Part shown: piece after piece, positions 28,323-38,957 of the stretch
Position numbering within the stretch: the stretch's first letter is position 1
How the letters are laid out: each line of letters starts with the position of its first letter
Origin: an uncultured Bacteroidales bacterium
GTDB taxonomy: Bacteria > Bacteroidota > Bacteroidia > Bacteroidales > FEN-979
NCBI GenBank assembly: GCA_903877385.1
Contig: CAIRDP010000030.1
Coordinates: forward strand, 9,974 to 73,973
Length of the DNA stretch: 64,000 nt
Reading direction: 5' to 3'
Program-made: the position numbers and the translations under genes
The notes under the pieces: generated by a model
What the model saw: the letters and a program-made list of their open reading frames with translations, nothing else
Database searches by the model: none
What the model was told of the DNA's origin: nothing

Positions 28323-31322
28323 TTAAGTCAGTTTTAAAACAGCATAACCATATAATGGTGATGCTGTAGCTACAGTTACCCTTAAATTATCCGATGCAAC
28401 TGTGGCGTTAGAAATAGTGACATTACTGGATTTTTCAACCACAGTGATATCCATGCCCACATATTTGTTAGGAATGGCCACATTATCAATCATTACGCCG
28501 TTATAGTCAAGATAAATATAAACGGCCTTACCGACCTCTATCATGTTGCAGGATAATCGTCCTGTGGGATTGTTCTCAACATCGGAGAAGATTCTGAATG
28601 CCACAGCCTGATAGGTAGTCCCCGCGGCAATATCACCCAGAGTGTCATCAATGCCACAAGGATAGCTCTTTCGTGATGTATAATAATACCAGGCTCTCGA
28701 AACAAGATCTTTTCTTCCGACACCTATACCCTTATCTGTAACGAATCCTGACATAAAAGCGTGTTTCCTTGTGCCATCTCCTAATGCAAGAAACTCAATA
28801 GCCCTGTCCGGTGGCGAGTTTGGATTTTCCCAATAAGCCGAATCAATATTAATGCTTCCAGCAGGGGCAGATGTTAAATCAATAAGTGTTCTGAGATCAT
28901 AAGTTGTACCCGAAACGGTTACAGGTAACGCTTTCGGCATATAAACGAGCATTTTTGTCAATGGAGAAACTGTGTTCATCGGAGCATTTTGAATAAAACC
29001 CATATATCCAATGTCGACTTTTTGCAGGGCCGTCCAGTCATGCAGAACAAGCATGGCTCCGTTATTTTGCATCCTGAAGACAATATTACACTGAACACAA
29101 CCATCTCCTGCATTAATTGCCGGCGAAGGATCAGTACCACGATTTGCAATCAGATAATCAATTGCCGATGCCGGGTTGACAATTTCATAATTCTCCTTAA
29201 TGTCTACATGATCACAGTAGTAAGTCCCATCAGCCGTCTCTTCAGCGATTCCATCCAAGAGCACCTTACAGGTCCTGTTTTTTATTGCAGGCGTTATCTG
29301 GGCTTGTTCCTGGGCACTAAAGGTGATAGTTCCTGTATGGGTTGCACCTGCTGAATGGGTTAAGCTCGATCCTGAAAGCAAGTCAAATGCCCATATATCA
29401 GAAGCTCCAATATTTTCCGACAACACCCATAACATACTTGAACTGACAATTCTAAGGATGTAAAACTTCCTGTTGGCACTATCAGTCCATTCGCTTCCGA
29501 CATCAACCGCTGTTTTCCCATGAGATGATGCTGTTATTAGGATGCCCGAACTGCACCCATGATTACCACCGATGTATGTGCCGTTCATACTTGTGGGAGT
29601 GCCATCATCGGCCCCGGATTGCAAGGTTATTGTCGGAGCACCTATATTATTTGAGCCTTTAATGACAAGGTGAGATGAGAAATTTACGATGTTGTTATTA
29701 AATGGTGTGGAATTAAAGCAGGTGAAATCGGTGCGTAAATCATAAGTGTCATTATATGGAGTAAACACATGGACATATGGAGTAGCGATGATCACAGTGG
29801 TTTTCTTAATGCCGATTTTAGCCTCATTCGCTATTACCATTGCCTGCTGTGCAACGTCGACTGCATCACTTATTGAAGGTGGATATTGCATTACGTTTAA
29901 ACCGTCAGGATGGATGTTTGAACATATGATTTCATCCTCCCACACAAAAGTAAAATTAGCGTAATCCAAATCGTTTCCATACAGTAATGCCACCTGGGGA
30001 TAATTCATGTAGAACCTTGGCGTTGTAGATGTAAACGCTCCATCATAAACAACATTCTCAACCGTGAATGCAACGAAGCTCCAGCCGTCCTGCTTATCAA
30101 GGCAAACAGCTTTAAAATCTCCTGCCATGTAAGAAGCTACATTAAATGTCCCATTCTGCTCATTTCCGATTGCCGCAATTACAGTGTTTATTGCAATTAG
30201 GATTGTGGCATATATACTTCCGTCAAAAAAATAAAACATCATGTTTGGACTACCTGCAAAAACCGTTGCCAGCTGAGTGTCATTAAGCCAGAATCCCCAA
30301 CTCCATTTTGTGGGTTTAGGAGAGGTTGGGAAAACATAACCTACGGTTCCATCCCATTCAACAAATGTACTTCCGGAATTAGAGATGGCCGTTAACCGGT
30401 TCATATATGGAAGTTGTGCTGAACACGGAGAGGTATTAGTTACATGAGTACCGGTTAGATTTTGACCACCTGTTGTCCATGTAAAACTTGGATATAGTGT
30501 TCCATTTCCTTTATTTGCATTTAAAGGAAGCTTTGTTGAAACTATCTTTTTCAGAATTTCATCAAGGGCAATTGCCTCCGCCTTCGCCAAGGCCAGTGTT
30601 TCGGCTTTAATAGTCGGAATGTCCCCTGTTGAAACGGCATCGTCTAATTTTTGGGTAAGTGATTTTTTTAATAAACGTGTATAGGGTACCTGGGTGGATG
30701 AAACGGCCCCTAATTCGAGTTGGAATAAAGTTTTGAAGAGGGAAAAAGATTCCGTAGGATTTGCCATTGAGTTTATACCTATAAAGGCACAGCCAGACGG
30801 AGTAGTAAATGTAATCGTTCTATAATCGCCATCGTACCCTCCCAGATTAGCCATGGAAGAATTATAAAATCTGATATTACCATATGTAGCATCTGTGCCA
30901 AATTTTGTCAGAGTGTATTCTGTATTTGGTAATACGGCTTGGTAACCACTACAATTAAAGACACTTCCAGCCCCTAAATTAAGTGCTCCATTTGAGTTAT
31001 TAAAGTAAGCACCCTCAATACATTCATCCGGATTAAACTTGTTTTTCCCAATCTCAGTAAATGCCGACAGTTGCATGTAATCAACTAATGAGATCCCGGT
31101 CTCATATTTACTCCAAGCGGACCCATTCCAGATTAGAAATGCCACTTGACCTGACACCACCAAACCATTAAAGTGAGTGTATGTTCCTGCCTCACCCGCG
31201 AACCAGTACTCGGGATCATTCGGTGAACCAGGGTTTGTACTGGTTAAAGCGACGCCCTTGAATTGATTGGATTCAAATAAGACCTGGCCGCCGAGGTTTA
31301 TGGTTTTTGATGTGCCTGACAT
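28323..31322 (-). CDS. large tail fibre / receptor-binding protein (999 aa)
   Basis: The call rests on size and position distal to the baseplate genes. The sequence is Gly/Ser/Thr/Asn-rich and beta-rich, and I recognise no enzymatic motif. Confidence 0.5.
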   Translation of the reverse strand: MSGTSKTINLGGQVLFESNQFKGVALTSTNPGSPNDPEYWFAGEAGTYTHFNGLVVSGQVAFLIWNGSAWSKYETGISLVDYMQLSAFTEIGKNKFNPDECIEGAYFNNSNGALNLGAGSVFNCSGYQAVLPNTEYTLTKFGTDATYGNIRFYNSSMANLGGYDGDYRTITFTTPSGCAFIGINSMANPTESFSLFKTLFQLELGAVSSTQVPYTRLLKKSLTQKLDDAVSTGDIPTIKAETLALAKAEAIALDEILKKIVSTKLPLNANKGNGTLYPSFTWTTGGQNLTGTHVTNTSPCSAQLPYMNRLTAISNSGSTFVEWDGTVGYVFPTSPKPTKWSWGFWLNDTQLATVFAGSPNMMFYFFDGSIYATILIAINTVIAAIGNEQNGTFNVASYMAGDFKAVCLDKQDGWSFVAFTVENVVYDGAFTSTTPRFYMNYPQVALLYGNDLDYANFTFVWEDEIICSNIHPDGLNVMQYPPSISDAVDVAQQAMVIANEAKIGIKKTTVIIATPYVHVFTPYNDTYDLRTDFTCFNSTPFNNNIVNFSSHLVIKGSNNIGAPTITLQSGADDGTPTSMNGTYIGGNHGCSSGILITASSHGKTAVDVGSEWTDSANRKFYILRIVSSSMLWVLSENIGASDIWAFDLLSGSSLTHSAGATHTGTITFSAQEQAQITPAIKNRTCKVLLDGIAEETADGTYYCDHVDIKENYEIVNPASAIDYLIANRGTDPSPAINAGDGCVQCNIVFRMQNNGAMLVLHDWTALQKVDIGYMGFIQNAPMNTVSPLTKMLVYMPKALPVTVSGTTYDLRTLIDLTSAPAGSINIDSAYWENPNSPPDRAIEFLALGDGTRKHAFMSGFVTDKGIGVGRKDLVSRAWYYYTSRKSYPCGIDDTLGDIAAGTTYQAVAFRIFSDVENNPTGRLSCNMIEVGKAVYIYLDYNGVMIDNVAIPNKYVGMDITVVEKSSNVTISNATVASDNLRVTVATASPLYGYAVLKLT

Positions 31323-31334
31323 GGTTTGTTGGTT

Positions 31335-31661
31335 TTAGTATAAATAACTGATTCTATCGATGGTTCCGGCTGCAGCTGTTCCTTTGGTTAAGGCAACTCG
31401 TATATAGATGCCTCTTGCAACGCCGGTGAGGTTCCATGAGTGGGATGTCTTTGCCGGATTGACGGTAACCAGGGATTCGGGTACCTGGGTAAAACTCGCA
31501 CCTGGTGAAATGGCCTGCTCGAGGGACAAGGTAACATCCTCCGCTTCAAGATCCGTGTAGTCGACCTGGATCATGGCGTTATTGGAATCGATCTGCTGTG
31601 CATCAAAATTATGATTGCCATCGGCGATCGAATAATCTGGTTTTTGGTTTATGAGTGACAT
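31335..31661 (-). CDS. hypothetical protein, tail-fibre module
   Basis: Compactly spaced ORF between two fibre-module genes; no motif recognised. Confidence 0.5.
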   Translation of the reverse strand: MSLINQKPDYSIADGNHNFDAQQIDSNNAMIQVDYTDLEAEDVTLSLEQAISPGASFTQVPESLVTVNPAKTSHSWNLTGVARGIYIRVALTKGTAAAGTIDRISYLY

Positions 31662-31688
31662 TGGTATATGGTTTAAACGGTTTTTAAA

Positions 31689-32516
31689 TTATGCGTCGCC
31701 TTCGGGAGGAGCTGTACCACCACTTGTGGGCAATCCCCAGTTCACCGGATCCTGGAAGTTGATCAGGTACTGAAATGAGATGTAGTTCGTGGCCGTGATG
31801 GAAGCGCCTGACACATATACATCACCATTCTTCTTAATCTTCAGTACGCCGGGTGAAACGGAATCATTGAAAAAAGGTGCAACCAGGTCACCACTGGGAC
31901 GATGTCCTGAAGGAAGGGTTGTTATCTTGCCTGCAGTAACCGTGGCGTTAAATGCGCCCAGAAGCATATACCATCCCATGGTGTTCTTTTCAAGCTTCAG
32001 GCCATCGAGACCAGTTGCTGCGCCAAATCCAGTCAGATAACTGAGTGTATAAAGATTCAGCAGATTCGAATTAAGGGTGATCTGCGAGAGGATGAGACTC
32101 GTGAGCTTGCCAATCAATGGAATAGAATTAAACGGGATGCTTCCACTGGGTTGGCTATCAGCATAGGTCATTTCGTACCGTCGCAATTGCCAAACATCAT
32201 GCGTACTTGTATCCTTGAAGGTGCGGTTCTCAGAGGTAGTGATATCAGGTACCAGGTAGAGACCATACCCCTCATCGTGGGCCACGAAACTTGAAGCCGG
32301 GACATAGCAGATCTCGTCACCATCAAAGAACCAGCCTTCGGTAACATCTACATTGGTGTTTACAGTCAGTACCATGCCACAGACGATGAATGAGGTTTCC
32401 TCAGGCAACAGACCCGTTAAAATGGCCTTTAGCAATGCTTTTTCCACATTCTGGATCAATTCCCAGTCTGCGGATCTCAGTGGCTGTGCGCCTCCAAGGC
32501 TTAATAATCTATCCAT
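31689..32516 (-). CDS. hypothetical tail-fibre/baseplate-distal protein
   Basis: 275-aa ORF abutting the upstream gene (1-nt gap). Position-based call only. Confidence 0.5.
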   Translation of the reverse strand: MDRLLSLGGAQPLRSADWELIQNVEKALLKAILTGLLPEETSFIVCGMVLTVNTNVDVTEGWFFDGDEICYVPASSFVAHDEGYGLYLVPDITTSENRTFKDTSTHDVWQLRRYEMTYADSQPSGSIPFNSIPLIGKLTSLILSQITLNSNLLNLYTLSYLTGFGAATGLDGLKLEKNTMGWYMLLGAFNATVTAGKITTLPSGHRPSGDLVAPFFNDSVSPGVLKIKKNGDVYVSGASITATNYISFQYLINFQDPVNWGLPTSGGTAPPEGDA

Positions 32517-32517
32517 A

Positions 32518-32976
32518 TTAAATGAGTTGTATGATAAAAACCTTACTAAACAGCTTGAATTTGTTCACATCCGCGGCGATTACATTACAGAAATCAGACA
32601 AAGCGCTCGGTACTTTTACCACGAAATCAACCGTTACCTCATCATTGTTACTGTACACATAATTATCAGGTTCGTACATGAATAAATCAACCTCTCCTGA
32701 GGGTGGAGTTCCATGCCACACCCAGGGACCCAGCTCGTAACCTTCTACGATCCGGATCTCTGTAGTACCCCACCGGTCGTTTAAAAACTTTTCCAGATAA
32801 CACACCTGGGGAGTCATACGTGCCTCGGTAAGCGCACGCTCTCGCAGTTGCATCAAGCGGTTATGAATCATCACCAGGTCGCTCACAAATACCTTTGCCC
32901 AGGCAATAAACCGGGGGGTCCTGCGGCGAAAGGGCAGCAGGATCTGAATGAGCTTATATAGCGAGAAGTTCCACAT
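32518..32976 (-). CDS. hypothetical baseplate-module protein
   Basis: 152-aa ORF whose start codon overlaps the upstream gene's stop codon by one base (32976). Position matches the Mu gp48 slot. Confidence 0.45.
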   Translation of the reverse strand: MWNFSLYKLIQILLPFRRRTPRFIAWAKVFVSDLVMIHNRLMQLRERALTEARMTPQVCYLEKFLNDRWGTTEIRIVEGYELGPWVWHGTPPSGEVDLFMYEPDNYVYSNNDEVTVDFVVKVPSALSDFCNVIAADVNKFKLFSKVFIIQLI

Positions 32977-33869
32977 TATTCAACCGATACTTGTATGTAA
33001 TCCTGATACGTAAAACTGGACGATGCCTGGTCAATCACAAAATGCCCGGACACGGACTCAACGCTCATGTCGACAGTGGCAAAGGTGCCTCCGGCTGCTT
33101 TGTGTTGTGCGGAATTGAGTTTCACATCCTTTACACCTTCCGCCGCCTTGATCAAGTTGACCAGGGTGGAGAGCGTAATGATACCGTCAAACTCTAAACT
33201 ATTCCCGTATGCAGTAATAGCGTCATCGATCGGAAACACACTGGCATCCCTGAGCAAGGAATTATTTCCGTTTAACACCAGGCGATCCCGGATGATCTTG
33301 ATGTCGATCTTTAAAATGTCAGCGGCCTGGGAAACGATTTCAAGGCGAACACCGGCGTCTTTCCACTGAGCCCAGAATTCAGTAAATGCGGCTTTTTCGC
33401 CAATGCTCAAAGGGACCTTCTGTGTACCCGATTCTTTGGCGACCTTCAGAATCACCTTACCGTTCTTTTCTGATGCAGCTGCATACTTGACTACCTTTGC
33501 ATCCTCGTCGATTCGGGCATACTGGTACTGGCCATCCTTCCAGATCATGGCATAACCATACTGGAATTTTTTGCTCTCCTCAGCATACCACCTGCGAGTG
33601 TGTGGTTTTTTGGCGGATAAGATATCGGTGATTTCCTCAGTATGTTTATCGAACAAGGTTTCAACGATCCAGGATCCAGTGGCAAACAGCCACATGAATA
33701 GTCGCCATACAGCCACTTTACTGGATGAGTTGATATCCGATAAAAGAGTATCCCAGGTATCCTGAATGCTGTGTGAGTTATTGGCGTCCACTACATAATC
33801 ATGCAGTTCCTGGAAAGTGGATTTTACCACATTCAGAGAATCAAATATTTCGGAGATCTTACGAGCCAT
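32976..33869 (-). CDS. baseplate wedge protein (J/gp47-like), tentative
   Basis: About 300 aa in the slot after the small wedge protein, as in Mu/P2 baseplate operons. The start is set at ATG 33869 (MARKISEIF), 1 nt after the upstream stop. Confidence 0.4.
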   Translation of the reverse strand: MARKISEIFDSLNVVKSTFQELHDYVVDANNSHSIQDTWDTLLSDINSSSKVAVWRLFMWLFATGSWIVETLFDKHTEEITDILSAKKPHTRRWYAEESKKFQYGYAMIWKDGQYQYARIDEDAKVVKYAAASEKNGKVILKVAKESGTQKVPLSIGEKAAFTEFWAQWKDAGVRLEIVSQAADILKIDIKIIRDRLVLNGNNSLLRDASVFPIDDAITAYGNSLEFDGIITLSTLVNLIKAAEGVKDVKLNSAQHKAAGGTFATVDMSVESVSGHFVIDQASSSFTYQDYIQVSVE

Positions 33870-33870
33870 A

Positions 33871-34446
33871 TTATGTCCTCCAGGTAATTGTGTCCAGCGT
33901 GCCGGTTGCACCACCTGCTGCCTCGAGGCGGACCCTGCAGAAGTTGGTTACCAGGTCAACGAAATTGAACGTATGAGAATCCTCAGAGGGATCCAATTCA
34001 TAGAATGCTCCTGAAATGGGCGAGTAGTTAATTCCATCCAGCGACTGTTCGACATAAACTATGACATCACCGGTCAAGTCGGTATAGTTGAGCTGGAGGC
34101 TTAATTCATCCCCCATGTTGGACAGACGAACCCCGGCAAACTGCTCATTCCCGTCACTGAAGTCGTATGCAATATTTTGCGTCACGTTGATCATATCCGT
34201 TATTGTTAATTCAATGGCTTCTCCCAACCCGGAGACGGGCTTACTGTTATTCCGCGTGTAATAATCAACCACAGAGGCGTTAATGACCGTGTCCGGTACT
34301 AACACCGGCTGGCCAACTGATAAAGCCATGTCGGGGCGGATAAACGCATTTATGCCCATAATTTCGAAGGCCCCGGATGCGTCTCCCATTTCCTGAAGAC
34401 TGATGTCCCAAACGGTCTGGTTTGCGATTGCGGTTACAGTTTTCAT
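33871..34446 (-). CDS. hypothetical baseplate-module protein with an N-terminal LysM-like segment
   Basis: AIANQTVWDISLQEMGDASGAFEIMGINAFIRPDMALSVGQPVLVPD resembles a LysM/tail-X type fold. Its position is in the baseplate operon. Confidence 0.4.
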   Translation of the reverse strand: MKTVTAIANQTVWDISLQEMGDASGAFEIMGINAFIRPDMALSVGQPVLVPDTVINASVVDYYTRNNSKPVSGLGEAIELTITDMINVTQNIAYDFSDGNEQFAGVRLSNMGDELSLQLNYTDLTGDVIVYVEQSLDGINYSPISGAFYELDPSEDSHTFNFVDLVTNFCRVRLEAAGGATGTLDTITWRT

Positions 34447-34730
34447 TTATACTGCGCGTTTATGTTGATCCCGCCTATGGCCGTTACTTTCAGAACGCTC
34501 ATGCCATCGCGGGTGAACTGAGATCTTATCTTTCGTATCATGTCGGTCTTATCTTCATCCAGTAAAAAACCCTCTATGCCTACACCGGTAATGGGCCATT
34601 GCTTGTACTCGCCCTCATTGGCCACAAGGAGATCCACCTGGTGCTGACGGGTGGAATCTCCTATGAGGAAATCTCCATCACTACTGGCCAGATCGTTTGT
34701 CACGATATCGATGAGTATATCAGTTGGCAT
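34443..34730 (-). CDS. small baseplate protein (W/gp25/gp46-slot)
   Basis: 95 aa, overlapping the genes on both sides by 4 nt and 1 nt. Size and position fit the small wedge subunit. Confidence 0.4.
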   Translation of the reverse strand: MPTDILIDIVTNDLASSDGDFLIGDSTRQHQVDLLVANEGEYKQWPITGVGIEGFLLDEDKTDMIRKIRSQFTRDGMSVLKVTAIGGININAQYK

Positions 34731-35287
34731 TAATGCTTGATGTCCTTGTTTTCAATATCACCAAAATCTTCTTTCTCCAGAGGGTTCACCAATGGATTGT
34801 AAATCGCTTCCCATGCGGCCTGATTGGGATGTAACGCTCCTGTCGGAACCTGCTTGAGAAGATCAAGTGCCGTATCGAGTCGTTTTGTCATTTTAGCGAG
34901 TTGATCCTTGAGCTCAGGCGTGATTGTCAGGCCGCCATTATCCCCATTATTAATCACAATCTTACCGGTAGTTCCATCGATGTCGATCGTGATATCTTTA
35001 TGCTTATAGAAAATCTTCTCCGGATCATCGACCTTGATAATCATGACATCGCGCAAATCTTCATCATTGCATCCGAGGATCACGCTGGATCCGACCTTCG
35101 GTGTCAAAATCAACTTATCCTCATCGTCGCGGGTGGTTGCCTTAAGCTTGATATCGGTAAGTTCCAGATCCCCAAGTTTCGCGCTGCAGGTATTGCCGGT
35201 GATCTCTGTCACGGTTGCATAAAAAAAGCAGTCTCCTTTTTTCTTAAGACTCCTGAAGGCTTCCACAAATTTTGCCATCTGATCCAT
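34730..35287 (-). CDS. baseplate spike / assembly protein V-like, tentative
   Basis: 185 aa directly after the hub-like gene. An OB-fold-like N-terminus (ATVTEITGNTCSAKLGDLELTDIKLKA...GSSVILG) is followed by a helical tail. Confidence 0.4.
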   Translation of the reverse strand: MDQMAKFVEAFRSLKKKGDCFFYATVTEITGNTCSAKLGDLELTDIKLKATTRDDEDKLILTPKVGSSVILGCNDEDLRDVMIIKVDDPEKIFYKHKDITIDIDGTTGKIVINNGDNGGLTITPELKDQLAKMTKRLDTALDLLKQVPTGALHPNQAAWEAIYNPLVNPLEKEDFGDIENKDIKH

Positions 35288-36258
35288 TATGCCAGCTTCC
35301 TTCCTATTTGTACTTTTTTCACGCCACCGGCCTGAGAGAAATTCGTAGTTACCGAAACCACGTAATATGTCCCGGTCTTATACTCATAATCCTTATCGGT
35401 GATCTTAGCGGAGTACCCCGGATGAGCTTCAGGTACCAGCCATGAGGTTATGGATCCTTCATACCCGTCAAACACCAGGTACTTCAATTCTTCTTCTCCG
35501 CGCTTCTTCAGGGTTTCTTTATCGGTGACCCCGGAGATCTTGATCGATCGTTTCTCTCCACCGGTAGTTCCAAGAGTAATGATCGTGCGTTTATTATCCA
35601 GGGAGATCCCTTCTACCTCAACTTCATATTGACGCTCATCGGCGCGGCGATACTGCAGATCGCTTTTCTCAATATTAACCGCGAAATCGTATGATACATC
35701 CCCGAACTTTTCAACGTATGCCGGATGAAAGTGCAGCACCCTGTCCTTGATGTAAATATTCCCTTTGGTGTCTTCGTGGAGTTTGTTCAATACATCCCTG
35801 CCGTTGGCCTTCCGGATGACGAACTTATCGTATTTAAGTTCGTAGTCGCAATTCAGGGACAGTTTCTGATCTGCAGGCAATGAGAGATTCACCTGGTCGA
35901 CCACATATTGAGCGATTTGCTTGGAAGTGCAATTCTTCATTTCCTTGTCCTTCACCGCCACGCGAGTTAAAAAGATGCCATCTTCACAAACGATGCTGAT
36001 GGAGGAATCGTCGGTAGAAATACGCTCGATGAATCCTTTAAATACACTCTTTACATCCTTATCATAACCGATTGAAATTTCAACCGGATCCCCTCGTTTA
36101 ATCTTGCTCTCAATTTCCAGCTGCTTATTCAATGCTGAACCGGGCAGTTTGATCGTAGCCACATCCGAAAGAACATCAACCGACTCAACGATCTCTACAT
36201 TATCGAGAAGCTTGAGTAGGTATTTCCCCAGTTGTATTTTCCAGTTCATCACAAACAT
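35287..36258 (-). CDS. baseplate hub / late-control-D-like tail protein, tentative
   Basis: 323 aa, two genes after the tape measure, which is the slot of Mu gp44 / P2 gpD. No catalytic motif. Confidence 0.45.
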   Translation of the reverse strand: MFVMNWKIQLGKYLLKLLDNVEIVESVDVLSDVATIKLPGSALNKQLEIESKIKRGDPVEISIGYDKDVKSVFKGFIERISTDDSSISIVCEDGIFLTRVAVKDKEMKNCTSKQIAQYVVDQVNLSLPADQKLSLNCDYELKYDKFVIRKANGRDVLNKLHEDTKGNIYIKDRVLHFHPAYVEKFGDVSYDFAVNIEKSDLQYRRADERQYEVEVEGISLDNKRTIITLGTTGGEKRSIKISGVTDKETLKKRGEEELKYLVFDGYEGSITSWLVPEAHPGYSAKITDKDYEYKTGTYYVVSVTTNFSQAGGVKKVQIGRKLA

Positions 36259-36265
36259 CTTACCT

Positions 36266-36820
36266 TTATGCTAAGGGTTTAACGTCTTCTTTCAGCAAAT
36301 CAAACAGATCATCGGACAGGGCGGAGATGGTAAAGCGCTGATTCGCCTCTCCTTTGGTAAAAGGAATATCCCAGGATACAATCGTGATCCGGGTAATATC
36401 ATAGATCTTCAGCAGGTCACATTCTACATCCAGGGCCTCGGTGGCTTCACAGAACTCTCTCAGTTTTCTTACATCTTCTTCAGGATATACATTCGCATCT
36501 TTGAGGTTGATCAGCACACCTTCAATCGTTACCTGGTAATCATCCTGAGTCCAGCGTTCTTTGATCGTGCCGCGCCCCTTTCCCTTTGAAACAGTCCGTT
36601 TTGCAATTACATTCCCTCCCGAAATGCTCACCAGGGGTTCCACCGGCACCGTCCATGACTCTTTCTCATGGAAGGCCAACTTCAGAGGCATCACCATTGC
36701 AAAGCCATTGCCGTTACTTGGCTTGTCGGTAGTGGCACCATCAGATGAAGCAAGCAATGTCACATCCGCGCTATTGCCTTCATTGAGATTGATCCGTACC
36801 TGGTTAATGATGAATTCCAT
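36266..36820 (-). CDS. hypothetical tail protein (slot of the Mu DNA-circularisation/gp43-like protein)
   Basis: 184-aa ORF whose start codon overlaps the tape-measure stop codon by one base (36820). Position-based call only. Confidence 0.4.
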   Translation of the reverse strand: MEFIINQVRINLNEGNSADVTLLASSDGATTDKPSNGNGFAMVMPLKLAFHEKESWTVPVEPLVSISGGNVIAKRTVSKGKGRGTIKERWTQDDYQVTIEGVLINLKDANVYPEEDVRKLREFCEATEALDVECDLLKIYDITRITIVSWDIPFTKGEANQRFTISALSDDLFDLLKEDVKPLA

Positions 36821-38778
36821 TATGAGTTTGCTTGAGCTAAGGCCATGGCCCTATTTAATGAATCTAAAATCTTGGTCTGCATCTCCTCGATTGATTCGGT
36901 AAATGTTTCTTTCGAGCTGATATTAAGTGTCCCGATCAAATTCTTTAAATTGAACGTATTGTTTACATTCTTACTACCACCGGTTACCACCGTATCGGAA
37001 GATGACTTACTGCTGGATGGACCTGCTTGTGTTTTCTTCGTTTTCGCTCCAGGAAGTTCCGGGGGTTCGATGGTTGCACCAGGCACGTAGGCTCCCGGCA
37101 TGAATGGAGCATTCAAAGGTTTCTCGCTGGTGGGTGCGCTTACATATTTCGAATAGGATGCTTTTGCCACCGTTTCAGGGGTAAAGGCTGTTTTTACAAC
37201 CTCCTTGGCCGCACTTGCTGCATTAGTTACCGCGGTAACCCCTGATAGATCCAGGGCGCCCTGCTTGGCATCTTTCCATGCTCCTTTGAAATCACCTGTA
37301 AACAGTTTATAGATGGCAGATCCCAGGGATCCGATCCCGGAGATGATCCCCTTGATCCGATCCAGTACGAAATCCTTCAGGATCCCACCGAACCCTTTCA
37401 TTACCTCCCATACCGATTTCACGGCATTGCGGAAGCCTTCAAACTTATTCCAGGCATACACCACTCCTGCTACCAAGGCAGCAACACCCAGTACAATCCA
37501 ACCAATGGGCGAGGCGATGAAGGCTGCATTGAGTAACCACTGTGCCGCTGTCCACACGCCGGTTGCAGCTGCAGCGACTCCCTCTGCGATGGCGGCCTGC
37601 ATACTTACCAGGGTAACCAGTCCAACGACGCCTTGAATGGCCATCACGCCTATTTTAAACGCAGGCAGCGCTCCTTTGGTCATGTTAAACAGGCTAATCC
37701 CCCAGTCTTCAACGCTGGCCTTTACACGGCCCATTTTTTCAGAGAAGCTGCCCATTACGATGCCCGCCTGTTCCTGGGCGGATTTGGTGCCAGATATGAC
37801 CGTGGTATACCTGCCTATCTCATCCGTGCCGCTGATCAGTGCAAGGGCTGCATTCTGGTTTTCCTTCCCAAAGAGCTTGGTGATCAGTGCAGCATCATTC
37901 ATAGCCGGTTTAAGCTGGTTTAACCGGTCGCGGAAGCTTAGGGATGTGTTTCCCAGGGCATTCAAATCCACACCAGCCTTGGCCAGGGCTTTCTGCGTCT
38001 CGGGAGGAAGGAACCTTCCTTCAGAGAGAGTAGCCAGAACGTTTCGTATGGCCACGCCTCCCTCAGCGCCCTTCTTGCCAGCTTTATCCAATACCTGGAT
38101 CGCTGCATTGAGCTCCTCAAAAGATACTCCCGCCATCTTCGCGGCCATCCCGGAGTTTTCCAGAGCGGCTTTAATCGCAGGTAGTTCGGCAGATCCTTCT
38201 TTCGCTGCAGCAGCCATCACGTTCATCATCTTGGCCATCTCTGCAGCTGCTACGGTTGGATCATCCAGGGAGACCTGAAACTGATTCATGGCCGTGGTGA
38301 GTACCTCGGTGGCACCGGTGGTGTCACCTCCCATCGTTTTACTCAGGGTTGATACCGCTTCACCCATGGCCTTTAGAGCTGCAGGGGTCTTTGCAATATC
38401 GGGGCCTAACTGGGAAAGGATGAGCTTGTAGGATTCAACGCCTTTTGCTGCAGAGCCGCCGAAGATCTTTGCATTCTCCCTGGCATAGCCTTCGATCTCC
38501 TTGAGTTTGTCCCCGGTGACCCCGGTGATGGCCGAAAGGTCAGCCATTGCGCTGTTGAGCTTCACACCCGGTTCGATGGCTGAGTCCAAGGCTGTAGAGA
38601 CACTATCGATCGCGCTTTTGATGTTATTGGCCGCGAAGGCTGCCATACCAACCTTCTGAACAGCAGACTGCAGCGAAGTGGTTGACTTCGCTGCAGCTGC
38701 GGCAGTAGAACTTATCGCGTTTAAGCCTTCGGTAGCATTGCCGGCAACATTGATGGTATAGGTCGTTGTACTACTCAT
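36820..38778 (-). CDS. tail tape measure protein
   Basis: 652 aa, Ala/Gly-rich and helical, with a central hydrophobic stretch (AFKIGVMAIQGVVGLVTLVSMQAAIAEGVAAAATGVW...). It contains a TP901-type core (ITGVTGDKLKEIEGYARENAKIFGGSA) and sits downstream of the tube and chaperone genes. Confidence 0.85.
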   Translation of the reverse strand: MSSTTTYTINVAGNATEGLNAISSTAAAAAKSTTSLQSAVQKVGMAAFAANNIKSAIDSVSTALDSAIEPGVKLNSAMADLSAITGVTGDKLKEIEGYARENAKIFGGSAAKGVESYKLILSQLGPDIAKTPAALKAMGEAVSTLSKTMGGDTTGATEVLTTAMNQFQVSLDDPTVAAAEMAKMMNVMAAAAKEGSAELPAIKAALENSGMAAKMAGVSFEELNAAIQVLDKAGKKGAEGGVAIRNVLATLSEGRFLPPETQKALAKAGVDLNALGNTSLSFRDRLNQLKPAMNDAALITKLFGKENQNAALALISGTDEIGRYTTVISGTKSAQEQAGIVMGSFSEKMGRVKASVEDWGISLFNMTKGALPAFKIGVMAIQGVVGLVTLVSMQAAIAEGVAAAATGVWTAAQWLLNAAFIASPIGWIVLGVAALVAGVVYAWNKFEGFRNAVKSVWEVMKGFGGILKDFVLDRIKGIISGIGSLGSAIYKLFTGDFKGAWKDAKQGALDLSGVTAVTNAASAAKEVVKTAFTPETVAKASYSKYVSAPTSEKPLNAPFMPGAYVPGATIEPPELPGAKTKKTQAGPSSSKSSSDTVVTGGSKNVNNTFNLKNLIGTLNISSKETFTESIEEMQTKILDSLNRAMALAQANS

Positions 38779-38957
38779 GGACTGGGCAATGCGTTGTTAG
38801 GTGCTGTCTTTCTCTCTTTTTCTGATATCGGCCAGTTGTTTGAATTTCTGCGCCCAGGCTTCATCCGTCAAGGGTTCAGGATCAATATGCAGATAGTATT
38901 CCATCATGGTGTTGATATAGCCTATCCGGTTTTCGTCGATCGATCCCTGGGCTTGGT

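Noticed and set aside
28323-31322. Diversity-generating retroelement or invertible-segment (Gin/G-segment-like) control of the tail-fibre genes.
   Set aside because: No reverse transcriptase, template repeat, invertase gene or flanking inverted repeats could be found around the fibre module by eye.
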